Assembly (NCBI GenBank): GCA_964188305.1
Contig: OZ076892.1
Reading direction: 5' to 3' (one strand)
Source: Podarcis bocagei
Taxonomy: Eukaryota
Length of the DNA stretch: 64,000 nt
In this document: positions 24,689-37,998 of the stretch, piece after piece
How the letters are laid out: the number at the start of each line of letters is the position of its first letter
Position numbering within the stretch: position 1 is the stretch's first letter
The notes under the pieces: model-generated
The model's input: the letters and a program-made list of their open reading frames with translations, nothing else
What the model was told of the DNA's origin: nothing
The model's database searches: none
Position numbers and translations under genes: made by a program

Positions 24689-24766
24689 GCCTAGACACCC
24701 CAACTCTTACACGGGAAGACACCCGAAGACACCAAAACCTGCATATATATATATATATATATATAT

Positions 24767-25900
24767 GCGCACCAAACAAGGCTGTGTTCTCCCCACCCCA
24801 TCCCCAGTTCTCTTTGCAATATCAAAAGAGGCATCGGTGGTCAAAATCAGAGCAGACTCAGAAATTCAAGGTGCAACTGTAAATAGTAGGGTACAGCTTA
24901 TTAATTTTTTTGTAGACAAGTGTGCCGTGAATGCTTTGCAAGCAGCTCCCACACTCAAACATCAGTTAGATAGTTCTTGTAAAGTGGCTGGTTTTGAAAT
25001 TAATTACATGAAGATAGAACTTCTGTGTCTCTGTATACCAGCTCCATACAAAAAAAAAAAATGTCTGCAAGATATCTCAGATTTTGACATTGGCTTTCGT
25101 TACTTTGGTGTCCCCATAACAAAGGACTTAAATGAAACTGAGACAGTGGAATGTCACTCTCCTGTTAAAAGCTTTAAAGAAAGAAATATACAGCTGGAGC
25201 ACTATTAATATTGTCCTGGTTTTGTCAGAAATGCAGCAGTGATCACAATGATTCCCTGAAAATTATGTTTTTATTCCAAACCTTCCCTGTTTCTATCCCA
25301 GCCTAATTTTCTTTTAAAAGAAAAAGAAATGACAGAAAATGATTGAAAGCTTAAGTGGAGGAGGGGAAAAGACTCTGTCTCAATAGGGCAAGCTTGTATC
25401 AGAACAGTAATAAGCGAAGCTTTCGTTTGCCAGAATTAAAGCTCTATGATGCCTGCTGAATAAAAAAATGAATGTGAAATTAGGAATGACAGTGAAATCC
25501 AATCTGCCTCAATGGAGCTGCTTCTGACCTACCCGTCAATCAGAACTCAATCCTTCTCACCGCTTCCAAACCCTTAGGGCTGAGAAAATGGGATAGCTCC
25601 TTCTTCCTCCAGACAACACAGCGAAAGTATGCCAAAAATGGGTAAAATTGTTGGCAACCCAGCTATCTCCACTGCTCCCATGTTTAGATCATCCCAAGTT
25701 CAGAGACTGCAACAAGTATAGGTAGTTTGCAAATTAAGAAGAGAAGAGACTTTATAGGGTACCAGATCTTTCCTAGTGAGAAAAGCCCCAGTTATTAAAA
25801 AGCTGGAGGCACTCCTTAAAGAGTGTAAAGACAAATTAGTTCCCCCCAAAAGTGCCAGAAGGATCTTTCGCTAAGACACTCAATTTCTTCCTGTTTTGGA
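24767..25900 (+). mobile_element. Ancient degraded L1/Tx1-clade ORF2 remnant (probable host of the Penelope insertion)
   Basis: TKQGC..SPVLFAI..E....IRADSEIQG, FFVD (decayed FADD), YFGVPITKDL, FLFQT, LPELKLY; probable continuation left of the insertion at about 22270-22335 (VIK..ATIRI). Confidence 0.75.
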
Positions 25901-26960
25901 AAACCTATGGAAAGTGAGCAATATCCATGTTGTATTGCTTGATGCTGACTCTTTAATTTGCTTGGGGCGGGGGAGGTCTGAAATTAACCTCAGAGACTGG
26001 CTTTGGACACACAGTTTGAGGCGAGTGAATGTGAAAGTGTTGAGGGCCAAATCTCACCTGAAAACCTCATCAGCAAAAAATCAGGAAGGCTATGCTGCAA
26101 CTGACACACATCTCCAGTGTGCTGGAGAATCAAGAAAATGGCCACTGATCCACCTAGCATGGAAATGTGCTTTGGTGTGGGACTTTGGGGTGGTGATTTT
26201 CACCCTAGTTGGAGGAATAGTGTGACAGTCTGTTCAACTGGACCCAGACTTTGCCCTGCTCTCCATTTCTGCAGGTTAGTGGAAGGTTTATTTTTATTTT
26301 TATTTTACATAAGGATTTAAAGTTGTATCCAACTAAGCTCCATTATATTCATTAAGTCTACTCTGAGTAGACTCGCACTGGATGACACCCTTAACCCATG
26401 AACTATTGTTGTGGCACATATAAAAACTGCACAGAATCGAAAGGGATTGACTGTTTCTTTGTTCAAAGGTGTTGCTCCAATATTTGGCAACAATTAGTCC
26501 TGGATGGAAAACTAACTCAATGGTTGTCAAGGGCCAAAATTCAGGGGGGGGGGATGGCTTAATGGCTTACAATATCTCAAAAAAAGAGGGACGGTACAAC
26601 TCCCTGATCTCTCAGCAATCATTTTGGCAGTATACATTTGCATGCTTGTGGTTCCTCTATATCAGGGATGGGAAACCTTTTTGGCCCAGAAGACCAGATC
26701 TTTGTCTTCCCACATGCCACAAAGGCCAACCTTGCTAGGTGGGCAGAGCCACCCACATGTCAGTAAAAAGACATAATGATGATGTCAGATGATTGACAGG
26801 TGGGCAGTCCCGCCTACCTGTTAAAGTTGAACCACAGGAATGGGATAGAGGGTCTTCTTCAGCAGCTCATTCCCCACAGCAAACAGACAGATACAACAGC
26901 AGATGGTTCAATCCTGTCCTTTGCAAGGGCCTGCTTCCAGGGTTCACTACACCCAGTGAT

Positions 26961-27292
26961 AAGGTAAAAAGGTAAATGATCCCTGGATGGTTAAGTCCAG
27001 TCAAAGGCGACTATGGGGTTGCGGTGCTCATCTCGCTTTCAGGCCGAGGGAGCCGGCATTTGTCCACAGACAGCTTTCCGAGTCATGTGGCAAGATGACT
27101 AAACTGCTTCTGGCACAACGGGACACCGTCATGGAAGCCAGAGCACATGGAAACGCTGTTTACCTTCCCGCCGCAGCGGTATCTATTTATCTACTTGCAC
27201 TGGCGTGCTTTCGAACTGCTAGGTAGGCAGGAGCTGGGACAGAGCAACAGGAGCTCACCCCATCACGGGGATTTGAACTGCCAACCTTCTGA
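26961..27292 (-). mobile_element. Sauria SINE (variant subfamily) inside a hAT-like element (about 26663-27381)
   Basis: (AAGGTA) tail, ctatttatctacttgcac core, gagctcacccc. Confidence 0.85.
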
Positions 27293-28416
27293 ATCAGCTA
27301 ACTGACAGATTAGAGTGTTGGGGGTGGGATATGGCCAGGGGAAGGCAAGATTTCCCTGTGGTTCAGTAACTCCCCACCCCTACAACATGCCCTGTTGTTT
27401 GTCTACTATGTAGAATTGACAGTATGCACATATTGCTCCCTCCATTCTGCATTAAAGGTCTCATTGTTATTTTACTCAGTACAAAATTTCAATAAAACTA
27501 ATACAATCAAATCACAATTTATGGGCATTTAACTTGTGCAAATTCAGCTTTGCAAGATTGGTCAATTAAAAAAAAAATTAAAAGGGGGTGGGCATCCAGG
27601 AAAAAGGGGTTGGCAATCCCACTCACCATTGCACTCACTTTGGGAGAACATTCAGAGGTGTTTGCAGATCAGGGCTGCTATCCTATGCACCACTTACTCA
27701 TTGAGCTCAGTGAGTTTGACTTCTGAGTAAACACGTTTGTGGTTGCACTGCAAAAAGGCAATCTTAATTCCACTTGGGAAAACAGCCTGAGGCTTTGTTT
27801 TAATCCTGTTTCTTTTCAAAATTGGTTTAATGAACACACAGCAGACTATAAAAGTTCCATTAAATATGCAAATTGTAATTATCTACAGAGTAGGTTCGGA
27901 GATTATATCCCAATTATGAAGAGAGAGAAAAGTAGTAGTAAATTCAGCAGATAAATGTCAGTGGACACTGCACTCATCCCGTCTACTCTGAGCTACTGCA
28001 GGATAAAGAAGAGGAAGAGGAACTTCATGAGCTTTTCATTTGAAAATTGCTTTCTTCAAGAGGATTATTCAGTTCTGGTCCTACCCACAAACTCTGCATA
28101 GAAGAGCGGAAATGCAAGTCAAGGGGTATCCCCACTGGGAGGGTGTCCAGAAGAACCAAGCATGCAGAAAAACTTTTGCAAGCAGCAAGCCAAGTGGAGC
28201 TAGGCAGGTATTTCACGTGGATCTGAGCATCTATGCAGAGTGCCTCATATGTTGCACTTACAAAGTTCTGGAGCTCGTTGAAGGTTTATAAAGATGGCTG
28301 CACAGCCAGGAGTTTGCTCCATGGCACCTTTCCCCACCCCGCTGCTCAAGACAGTCTTCTGTGGTTTAAAGGAGCCACACCTGATTTTAAGATGTTGGCT
28401 CCAGCAGTGTTGGGAG

Positions 28417-28860
28417 TGTTAGAATTCCTGCTCCATGATTGCAGTCATGGGATTTTTGTCTACCACATGACGGTGTATGTTTTGACTCCACAGGGTAGGA
28501 AGTGATGGAGACAGATATTTGTGTTACTGTGTTCCGTGATGTGGGACTATTGTCCTTTGTTCTTTCTCTTTGCTCTCTGATGCTAGAGAGAGAGAGAGCC
28601 ATGTTGCAGTGCTCCATGTGTGTTTATATGTAAATAAAGTAGATTAGCCAAAATGCTGAGTTGCTGAGGTCTGTTACGCAAACTGTGAAGACTCTGCGGA
28701 TCCCCAAGTGTGCCGATGTCTGTTGGCATCGGTCGCTGTGATGTTAAGGCTGAAGAAAGCTTTTGAAGCTCCTGAACAATCGACCAGAAGGGAGAGAACA
28801 TGCCAGTCGGGCATGTGTCTCTGCCAGGGTCCTACTCGAGTGTAGGATGAGCTCCTGACA
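28417..28860 (+). mobile_element. Solo LTR (444 bp)
   Basis: TGTTAG...CTGACA termini; 5-bp TSD gggag/gggat; AATAAA at 28633. Confidence 0.75.
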
Positions 28861-31140
28861 GGGATAACCTTGGTTCTTTTGAACATTCCAAAAAAGAGCC
28901 CTCAGATGCCTTGCCAGAAGATTGAGTGACCTCCTCACTCTATAAAGGCGGTGGCACACTGACTGCAGGGGCTCTCCTGATACCGGATCTTCTGGTGAAG
29001 GGGGATGTTCATGCTGAGGGGAATGCCTTCCCCTAATCTGCCTCCTCCTTAGAGTCACACACCTTGCCTTTGGATTGTGAAGTGCCTGGTGTCAGGGTCA
29101 GGACACTGACTGGCCTTTTGATTTGCACCTGCTTCGTCTTGCTTGCGTGTTATGCTCTTGTGACCTCCAGGTTAAACTACTGAAATATGTTTTTTTTGGG
29201 GGGGGCTGCATTTCAAGGCAGCTTGGGAAACTAGCTACTACAGAATGTGGCAGCTAGACGTTTAGCTGGAACAGGAAGGTGTGGTGATGAGAGGAACCCT
29301 GAAAGATAAGTGGCGCTGGCATTCTGAACACACTTGAGATTTTATACACTTAGGATCCTCAGTGTAAGAGAAAGGAGGTGGTATGAGAAAAACTCCCCTT
29401 CAGTTCCAATATTGCAACTCCAACACACACACACTTTCAAAAAAATAGAAGAAGAAGAAGACTGTGTGGTCTAGGATTTCCAAATTATGCAGTTCGTGAC
29501 ATGATAGCTAGCACAGCATAGTGGTTACAGTGTTGGAGACAAGGAGCAGAGGAAACTGGGTTCAAACAACCACTCAGCTGGGTGACCTTGGTCTGGTCAC
29601 TATCTCTCAGGTTTAGCAATCTCATATGGTTGTTTTGAGGATAAAATGGGAAGGGGGAGAATTTAGAGAAAGGGTGGGATGAAAAATTCAACAAATAAAT
29701 GCACATTTCTAGATCTCCCTTTTGGCCAATGTGAGCTCCTTCTCTGAACTGTTTCAACCTGTCTAGCCCCAGGAGTGACTTGCTGGCCTTTAGAAATAGG
29801 TAGCAATGAGTCTGTAGGTGTTTTTAACAGTGGGCAAGGGATGAGAATGACATGTCGCACTTTCCATCACCTCCGCATCAGCTCCTTGGGCCGAAAGAAA
29901 ATTAAGCGGCTGGAATGAACCACAATGTGACAGGCAATCAGTGTGGGATGGATGGAACAAACAGGCCCCATGTGCAGGAGAAGGTCTGATGTGATCGACG
30001 CAGCTAACGAGGCATGTTCCTTCTCTCACTGAACACCAGCGTCACAGCATTCTCCTTTCACCAGCAGAGCTACCAGGAAAGAGCTAGCAGAATGCCATTT
30101 CAGTCTCCATCTCGTCTTCCGAATAAACTTGGCTGACTGTTTGGCTGACTGAAGCCATCAAGGCCACTGCAGCAAATGAGTCAACCAAATAGACCAGGGG
30201 TAAACTAGTACTCCTACGTATACTGCTCAGATCAAAGAGCAAGGCCAGAATCCGAGGTTTTGTAGGGCCACAGGAAACCCCACTGGCCTCTCATGTCATC
30301 TGACTACTACGAAGCCAGTATTACCCAGAGTAAAGATGGTATTCTAGCGCAATAGATAGTGGTTCTACTGTGGAAGCTGATCCATTATAGTGCATGGGGG
30401 ACTGTTCCACCAACCTCAATCTGCCTCCACTTGTCTGCCTTCTCACTTGCAACCAGTACAGGTAGATGCCCCTGATGGTCAGCTTCTTCTTCTTCTTCCG
30501 CAGCCTCAGTGCTGCCCTAATAAAACTCATTAGGGAAGACAAAAACTAGGGCTGCGTTCACACGTTGGTTTATTCCCTTTCCCTAACATCCCCCCAATTG
30601 TGAATTTCTGCATTATATCTGGGCTTACACTTGACATGAAAGCCGCTTCCAGAAACGTTGCAGAATGTAGTTCACATCTAGCATTCACTTCTGGGTCTAT
30701 TTGCAAACAGAGTTTTCTGGGAAAAGATAACATGGAAATAATCACTAAACATTAGCTACATTCCATTAGTTTCCTGGAAGTGGTTTTTACATCGAGTAAA
30801 AGCTCAACTATGCTGCAGAAGTTAACCGTTAGAGGTGCACTTGGGAAACAGGATAAACTGCTATGTGAATGCAGCCCAAAATGAGTTGCCTGTGATTGTC
30901 TCTGGCTCCACCTACTCTTTGTCTCCCCGCCTTTCTGCCTACCAGGTCCAACAGTACTTCTTAGCATAAGCCCCTTAGCATAATGCTATGCATATCTTAC
31001 ATGTAAGTAAGTAATTCTTTAGCTGTGATTCCAGCATTGCAGGGAGTTGGCCTTAGGTGAGAAGTTTTCTAAAAGGCAGGCAATCAACTTAATAAACAAA
31101 CAACAAATTGCATAATAATATTGCAGCCTGTTTTTTACAT

Positions 31141-31478
31141 GGGTGGCGCTGTGGGTTAAACCACAGAGCCTAGGACTTGCCAATCAGAAGGTTGGCGGTT
31201 CAAATCCCTGTGATGGGATGAGCTCCCATTGCTTGGTCCCTGCTCCTGCCAACCTAGCAGTTCGAAAGCACGTCAAAGTGCAAGTAGATAAATAGGTACC
31301 GCTCCGGCGGGAAGGTAAATGGTGTTTCCATGCACTGCTTTGGTTTGCCAGAAGCGGCATAGTCATGCTAGCCACATGACCCGGAAGCTGTACGCCGGCT
31401 CCATCGGTCAATAAAGCGCAACCCCAGAGTCAGCCACAACTGGACCTAATGGTCAGGGGTCCCTTTACCTTTACCTTT
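31141..31478 (+). mobile_element. Sauria SINE
   Basis: Full head, core and (TTTACC)n tail. Confidence 0.92.
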
Positions 31479-31889
31479 ATATATATGTTTGCAAGACAAA
31501 CCCTAGATTTATTTATTTATTTTTGCAAGTCAAACCCTAGATAATAATTTTAAAAAACCATATCAGTGAAATGTCTTATCCTACATATTCTGATTCTCCT
31601 TCCTTCCCTCTTAGGGCAGCCCCATTCTGCCCCATTGGTCTCTCAAAATAATCTCTGCGTAGCCTTCTCGCTGTTTGAGGAGAAGCGCTTGCAGTCAGGT
31701 AAGCACAGAGAGTTTTGCCGGCAATCTTCCTCCTGCCCTCCCCCAACTGCAGACACAAAAGCTGGAGACAGCACAGCTTGAATTTTCCAGATGACAGACC
31801 TGGTTGGAACACACAAGAGTTTCATTTTTTTTTCTCATTTTTTTTTTCAGAGCAGGTTTTGATATGGAAATCGTTAAAGCTAGAAAATA

Positions 31890-32600
31890 GAGACTGACCA
31901 GAAAGAGATGTTGGGTTTGTGCAGCAGAAAACTCAATGAAAATGTTGGCCCGGGGAGGGGGGAGAGTTAATGCAATGTTAGGGATCGTTAGGAAAGGGAA
32001 TGAAAATAACACTGCCCATATCATACTGGCATTATAGTATGTCTATGATGGGATCCCCCTTGGGATCTCCTGCACGATACTATTTGCCACATTTCAGAAA
32101 GAATATTGTAGAGCTGGAGAACCATAAATGATCCCAGGGCCAGATCAACTCTCCTGTGACGAAAGCATAACGGTAGCTAGGGCTCTATAATGGGGGGGGG
32201 GAGAGATGAGGAAAAGGTGGGAACATGACAGAGATACGTGAAATCAGGCATTGTGTGGAGAAGACAGAGAGAGAGAAAGAGAGGTTTTCTTCATCTCTCA
32301 TAATACTAGAACCCGGTTTCATCTAACAAAGCTGGAAGCTGGAAAGACAGACAAAACAAAACACTTCTTCACACAGCGCACAGTGCAACTATGAATTTGC
32401 TGTCAGAAGGTGCAAAAGCGATCACCAATTCGAGTGGCTACAAAAGAGCTTAAGACAAATTCATTCATAATTTAATTTGTAAGGCGCTTTTCCAGATCTT
32501 TAGGCAAATTCCTGGAGGACCAGTGGCTACAAAATATCATGGCTATCTTCCATCTCCTGTGTCAGAGGCTGTATGCTTCTGAATACCAGTTGCTGGACCA
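31890..32600 (+). mobile_element. Old CR1 ORF2 3' remnant
   Basis: NAMLGIVRKGNENNTAHIILALY; ...cacttcttcacacagcgcacagt...; many indels. Confidence 0.75.
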
Positions 32601-32626
32601 TCTGTAGGTCAGCAGCAAGGTTAGTA

Positions 32627-32965
32627 AAGGTAAAGGGACCCCTGGCCATTAGGTCCAGTCGTGGACGACTCTGGGGTTGCGGCACACATCTCGCTTTATT
32701 GGCCAAGGGAGCTTCCAGGTCATGTGGCCAGCATGACTAAGCCATTTCTGGTGAACCAGAGCAGCACATGGCAACGCCGTTTACCTTCCCGCTGGAGTGG
32801 TACCTATTAATCTACTTGCACTTTGATGTACTTTCAAACTGCTAGATTGGCAGGAGTAGGGACCAAACAACAGGAGCTCACCCCGTCGCAGGGAATCGAA
32901 CCGCCAACCTTCTGATCGGCAAACCCTAGGCTCTGTGGTTTAACCCACAGCGCCACCCGCGTCCC
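32627..32965 (-). mobile_element. Sauria SINE
   Basis: Full length; 13-bp TSD AGCAAGGTTAGTA. Confidence 0.92.
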
Positions 32966-33174
32966 TAGCAAGGTTAGTACACCAACCTAAATGATGCGCA
33001 GCATATTGCCTAGACTAGAGAAATTATTTTACATGGTGAATGTGACTCCTCTATCAAAAAAAAATTGGGAAGCTGTGTGCTCCGCCATGCATCCAGATGC
33101 CTCTTAAGATATTGTTGGCAAACTCTGCACAGTGGTTCCTGAGATCAATGAGCAGGTTCTTGTTTGAATACAGC

Positions 33175-33582
33175 TAGGAGCTGGGTAATATCTGGTTTTC
33201 AGCACTGCAATACATCACCAGCTAAACATCATGATATATCACTATGTATCACTATGCCTAAAATAAGGATGGAGCTATGTAGGGGTATTGGCTGGCTTGA
33301 TGTTTTTTCCTGCATCGTGATGTTTGCTGGCGCCTGCTCTCGTGATTCACAGCCCCCTGCAGGAGCCAAAAGACAACTGAGCCAGGAGATGTTAGCAAGG
33401 GTTGCAGGAATCGAGAGAAGCACTGTTTGGCTTCACAGTTTCCTCCACATATTGATTTCTGCATAGCGCACATACACATCATAATTCACGATATACTGCC
33501 AGGTCACAAATTATGAAACCAATATCACGATATGGACTTCAAACCAATTTTGGACGATATAGTGATAAATCGCACAGCCCTA
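33175..33582. mobile_element. Non-autonomous hAT (Ac-like) element
   Basis: Right TIR ATCGCACAGCCCTA, degenerate left TIR; 8-bp TSD aatacagc/catacaac. Confidence 0.7.
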
Positions 33583-34770
33583 CATACAACTGGATGCCAT
33601 TTTGAATCAACAAGTTGGACTGGCCCTTTCAAAACAGCACTGATTTTAATCATTGATTTCAAAACACCACTAGTTTTCTTTTTGCTTCTTAGAATTTCCA
33701 AGCTGCACCAGATACGAGACTGCTAGCAAAATAATAAACAAACTAATAAATAAAAGGTTCAATAGGAACACGGGAAGCCACCTTTTACTGAGTCAAACCA
33801 CTGGGTCCATCTAGGTCTGTATTGTCTACACTGACCGACAGCAGTTCTCCTGGGTTTGAGTCCAGGGTCTCTCCCAACCCTGCATGGAGGTGTCAGGGTT
33901 TGAACCCGGGACCTTCTGCATGCAAAGCAGATGCTCCAGTTATGGAGCCAAGGCCCCTCCCCAATCTCTCCCACTTGCCCAACACCAGGTACAAACTGTT
34001 TGTGGTACCCTCCTTTGTTCAAGCTGCACCTAAACGAAGGTCACAGTCCCTAAAGACTTATATAATTCACAGCACAGTCCTAACCATGTCTACTCAGAAG
34101 CAATTAAATTCAGAGGGGCTTACTCTCAGATAAGTGGGTTGGGATTGCAGCCGTAAGCATGAAATGCTTCTTGTATTATTAATGGAAGGTGCTTTTGCTT
34201 TTTCATCGTTTTAAGCATAGGCAGAATTGCCTCCATGCAAATATTCTAAGTGGGTAGGATTATTGCATTTATCTTACACTATTAATTTTTGTGCCATTTA
34301 TTACTGCTTGGCTGTTGGCATTGCTATGGTCTGTGGTAAGGCAATTAATAAAACTCATTGACTTTGATTAAGCTGTTACCACTTTCACTGATGTTTGAAC
34401 ACAGCCTGCATCTAATAAATTAAAGATAGTTGATTTATTCAGGAAAACAACCAAATTATGCTTCCATAATGTGCATAACATGAGTAATATATTTTGTTCG
34501 TCATAAATATGCACAGTTATTTTCACTTCCTTGCTGGTATAACCTTGGATTCTGACACGCAGTAAACTAACACTCTCATGTGTGGATTTATCTAGAATTG
34601 GAGCAACTGCACCCAAAAGCTTTGAGAAGCTCACCTCCTGCCATCATTTCCCCCTTCCAGAATCTCTTTCCAAAAGTTGCTTTCTCACACACCAAATTGG
34701 CTATTCTGACACTAAAGAGAGATTCCAGAAGGCTAACTGTATGATACTGCTGTAGCAGGAACAATGAATT

Positions 34771-34888
34771 TTATGACACCTTAAAGACTAACAAATGTAT
34801 TATGGCATAAGCTTTCGTGGAGCAGAACCTATTTCTAAGACTTTCAATAAAGTGGGTTCTTCAAAAATTTATGCCACAATAAATCTAA
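34771..34888. mobile_element. Degenerate Penelope-derived short inverted repeat (decayed hammerhead)
   Basis: caccttaaagactaacaaatgtattatggcataagctttcgtg...ttatgccacaataaat, inverted arms; CGAAAGCTTA on the minus strand. Confidence 0.6.
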
Positions 34889-35003
34889 GAGAGTAACAAA
34901 GCTGATTCAAGGACTGTTGTTGTTAAAAGGTACAAGGACACTTTGTGATGTGCAAAGGTGAGTCTTGGGAGTGCACTTTTATTTTTGTTATTTATTGCAT
35001 GTA

Positions 35004-35215
35004 CAGTGGTACCATTCCTAACCTGAAACTGTTCTTAACCTGAGGTACCACTTTAGCTAATGGGGCCTCCCACTGCTGCCGCCGCGCCGCCACCGCACGA
35101 TTTCTGTTCTCATCCTGAAGCAAAGTTCTTAACCCAAGGTACTATTTCTGGGTTAACGGAGTCTGCACCCTGAAGCGTCTGTAACCTGAAGCGTCTGTAA
35201 CCCGAGGTACCACTG
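35004..35215 (-). mobile_element. Tigger/pogo-like MITE (internally deleted)
   Basis: CAGTGGTACC TIRs, TA TSD. Confidence 0.85.
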
Positions 35216-37597
35216 TATAGCACCCCTTTTCATCCAAGGAACCCAAGGTGGTGCATAAGGTTCACCCGTTCCTCATTTAACCCTTTGCAACAACAACCCT
35301 GCGAGGTAGGTTATGCCGAGAAGCAGTGAGTGGCCCAAGGTCACCCAATAAGCTTCATGGCTGAATAGGGAGATCTGAACTGCAACAACATCCAAAGTAG
35401 AAATGACAAGGCAGTTAAAGGCGAAAAGATGAAAAGCAGCCGGAATTTGATGGTCCAGAGAACCCTTTTCCACAGAGAACCCATTGATAAGTTAATGAAG
35501 AGAGACATGCGAGCTTTGATGCCACAGAGCTGGATTCCACAGTCTGCAGAGCCACAACCGTTCTGAAAGGCCTGTGGTAAATCAGTCTCAAACTTACACG
35601 CATATCTGTGAGACAGGAACAGCAGTAGCTTCTCTCAAGAAGTGGATCTTCAAAGGAAAGGAAACTTCTGTAAAGCACTTTGAAGGCTGAAAAGTGTGGG
35701 AGAATATCCATTCACCTGGGGCTCCAGGGGGGTCATTTGCTGCATGGTGCAGTCACAGCCAGAGCCAGAGATGATCACCTTTGTCCTGCATAGCTGAGGG
35801 GGGGGTGACAGCTTGATGCTACTCTCCCTTGGCCTTGCTGGACCCTCTGTTTGGACAGGCCTTGACAGCAAGCCTATCTGGACATGGGCCTGGGGCCTGG
35901 GCCTGACCACCCCTGGGTAATTTAGGAGGACGACTTGGAGCCACCCGCCATCTTGGCTGACCAGCGCAGGATTTACTTCCCTCCCACCCAGACTGTTAGG
36001 GGCCTGTTTAGTGGGGAAGTGGTCAAGTTAGCATGAGGACCTTGTCATGGTTAATCGGTTGCCATATTCGGGGCCAGGAAGCAAGCAAATTGGCTTTTGC
36101 CTACTCATAGCAAGTGACATAACTTTGGTGGATAAGGCATTGGGCCGGATCCTTAGTCATGTGGGTACCCCGTTAAAGGGGTCTAGGAGGGGCAACTCTG
36201 TTCTACTCTGACCTGTAGTCAAGAAAGTTGTGGCCTGATTCAAGCCTGTGTCCATTTCCTCGGTCTTCTCACATCAGCTACAGGCATCACGCATCCATGG
36301 TGACAAATGCCAACAAAGAAACAAGCCTCTGCTCTTCACCCAAACACCAAGGTTGCTGTTGTTTGCCGGGCAGTACTGTTCCATCACAAGCTGACTCCAT
36401 CCTAAAACCAATTGCTAGGCTGCTCCAAAGCCAACTCCGAGGAAATTCCAATGAAAGAAAACTCAACAACCCTCACATTCCTTCTCTTTCTCTATGCACT
36501 GCAGAGTACAGTTTAAATACTATAATATGAACCTGTAATTGTGTTGTCCCCTTTAATACAGTCACTGGAGCTGTGCAGCTTTCAGCTGAGAAACATTCCA
36601 GGAACTGAGCTGCACACCCTGGTACCCACCTATTCACAAAAACAAGGCGGCATCGTTTCTTTTTAATAATAAAACCTGATAGTGGAAATTACTATTTCAA
36701 TTAAAGACTGAGGCATACCTCCAGGTATTAAAAGAGATTATGCATTGTTCAGTGCAAAACAGCTCAGCTGAAATGCTTAGAAATTATACTAATCTGCTTT
36801 GAAGTGTGATAACCCAGGTGCTATTATCTGCCATTGTTTGGGGAAGATTTGTACTAATGCAATTGCACAGTCTCTTCGATTTTTAAAAATTTTAATTTAG
36901 CAAACGGCTCTCAAGCTGCAAATTGAACACTGAAGCACCCGGTGAAGGCATTGAGTCCTCTTGGTGGGGAGATAAAGTCAAGAAAGCCAAAATTCTCCAG
37001 TGCGGTTCTCAGAACCGGGACAAGACAAGTTTCCCTTTTAACATACCAGTCAGAGGATGTTAGCAACGCAATGTGTGCCCAGAATAGACAGAGTGCAAGA
37101 TTGAAGAAATGAGCACACAGTCCTTAAAGTCATTGAATTACTTGGAGCCCAATGTCAAATCCAACTTTGGGCTGTGCCTGTGGTGCACATTTTTTGGCCA
37201 GCGGACACATTTGAAATTTTGAGAATGCGCCATGTGCACCCGTCACAAAAATTCTGCAGTAGATCAGCCTACCAATGGGAGCATGACATAACACAAAAGG
37301 GTCACCATGTATTAAAAAAAAAAAGAGCGGGAAAAGAAACAGGACCACAAAGTGGTGCAGACGTGCCCCTCTCCATCAGCCACTGGGTCAACCAGCTCCA
37401 TGCACACTTAGACAAAAGCTCTTTTGCACCTCTCTTCTGCTGAGAAGGGATGGGAGGGTGGGTATCCCATCCTGGCATCCAGTTAAATGTGGGCATGTGC
37501 AGACCCTCCAAGTGTCCCTATTTTTTCAGGGACAGCCCCAGATTTACAGAAGCAGTCCCAGTTTCTGACTTGATCCCGGAATGCCCCACCTTTCCTT

Positions 37598-37998
37598 TGT
37601 TGTTGTTGTTTAGTTGTGTCCGACTCTTCGTGACCCCATGGACCAGAGCACGCCAGGCACTCCTGTCTTCCACTGCCTCCTGGTCAAACTTATGCTAGTA
37701 GCTTCGAGAACACTGTCAACCATCTCATCCTCTGTCGTCCCCTTCTCCTTCTGCCCTCCATCTTTCCCAACATCAGGGTCTTTTCCAGGGAGTCTTCACT
37801 TCTCATGAGGTGGCCAAAGTACTGGAGCCTCAGCTTCAGCATCTGTCCTTCCAGTGAGCACTCAGAGCTGATTTCCTTAAGAATGGATAGGTTTGATCTT
37901 CTTGCAGTCCATGGGACTCTCAAGAGTCTCCTCCAGCACCATAATTCAAAAGCATCAATTCTTCGGTGATCAGCCTTCTTTATGGTCCAGCTCTCATA
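37598..37998 (-). mobile_element. BovB (RTE clade) LINE 3' fragment
   Basis: ESWTIKKADHRRIDAFELWCWRRLLRVPWTARRSN...LEKTLMLGKMEGRRRRGRQRMRWL, (CAA)n tail; inserted in a MITE (about 37499-38028). Confidence 0.95.

Larger units (their letters stand above)
23580..24744 (+). mobile_element. Penelope-like element, 5'-truncated, right arm
   Basis: RT-linker (GY...LPYIKG) and GIY-YIG endonuclease, then a pLTR-type 3' region with a hammerhead ribozyme. Confidence 0.95.
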
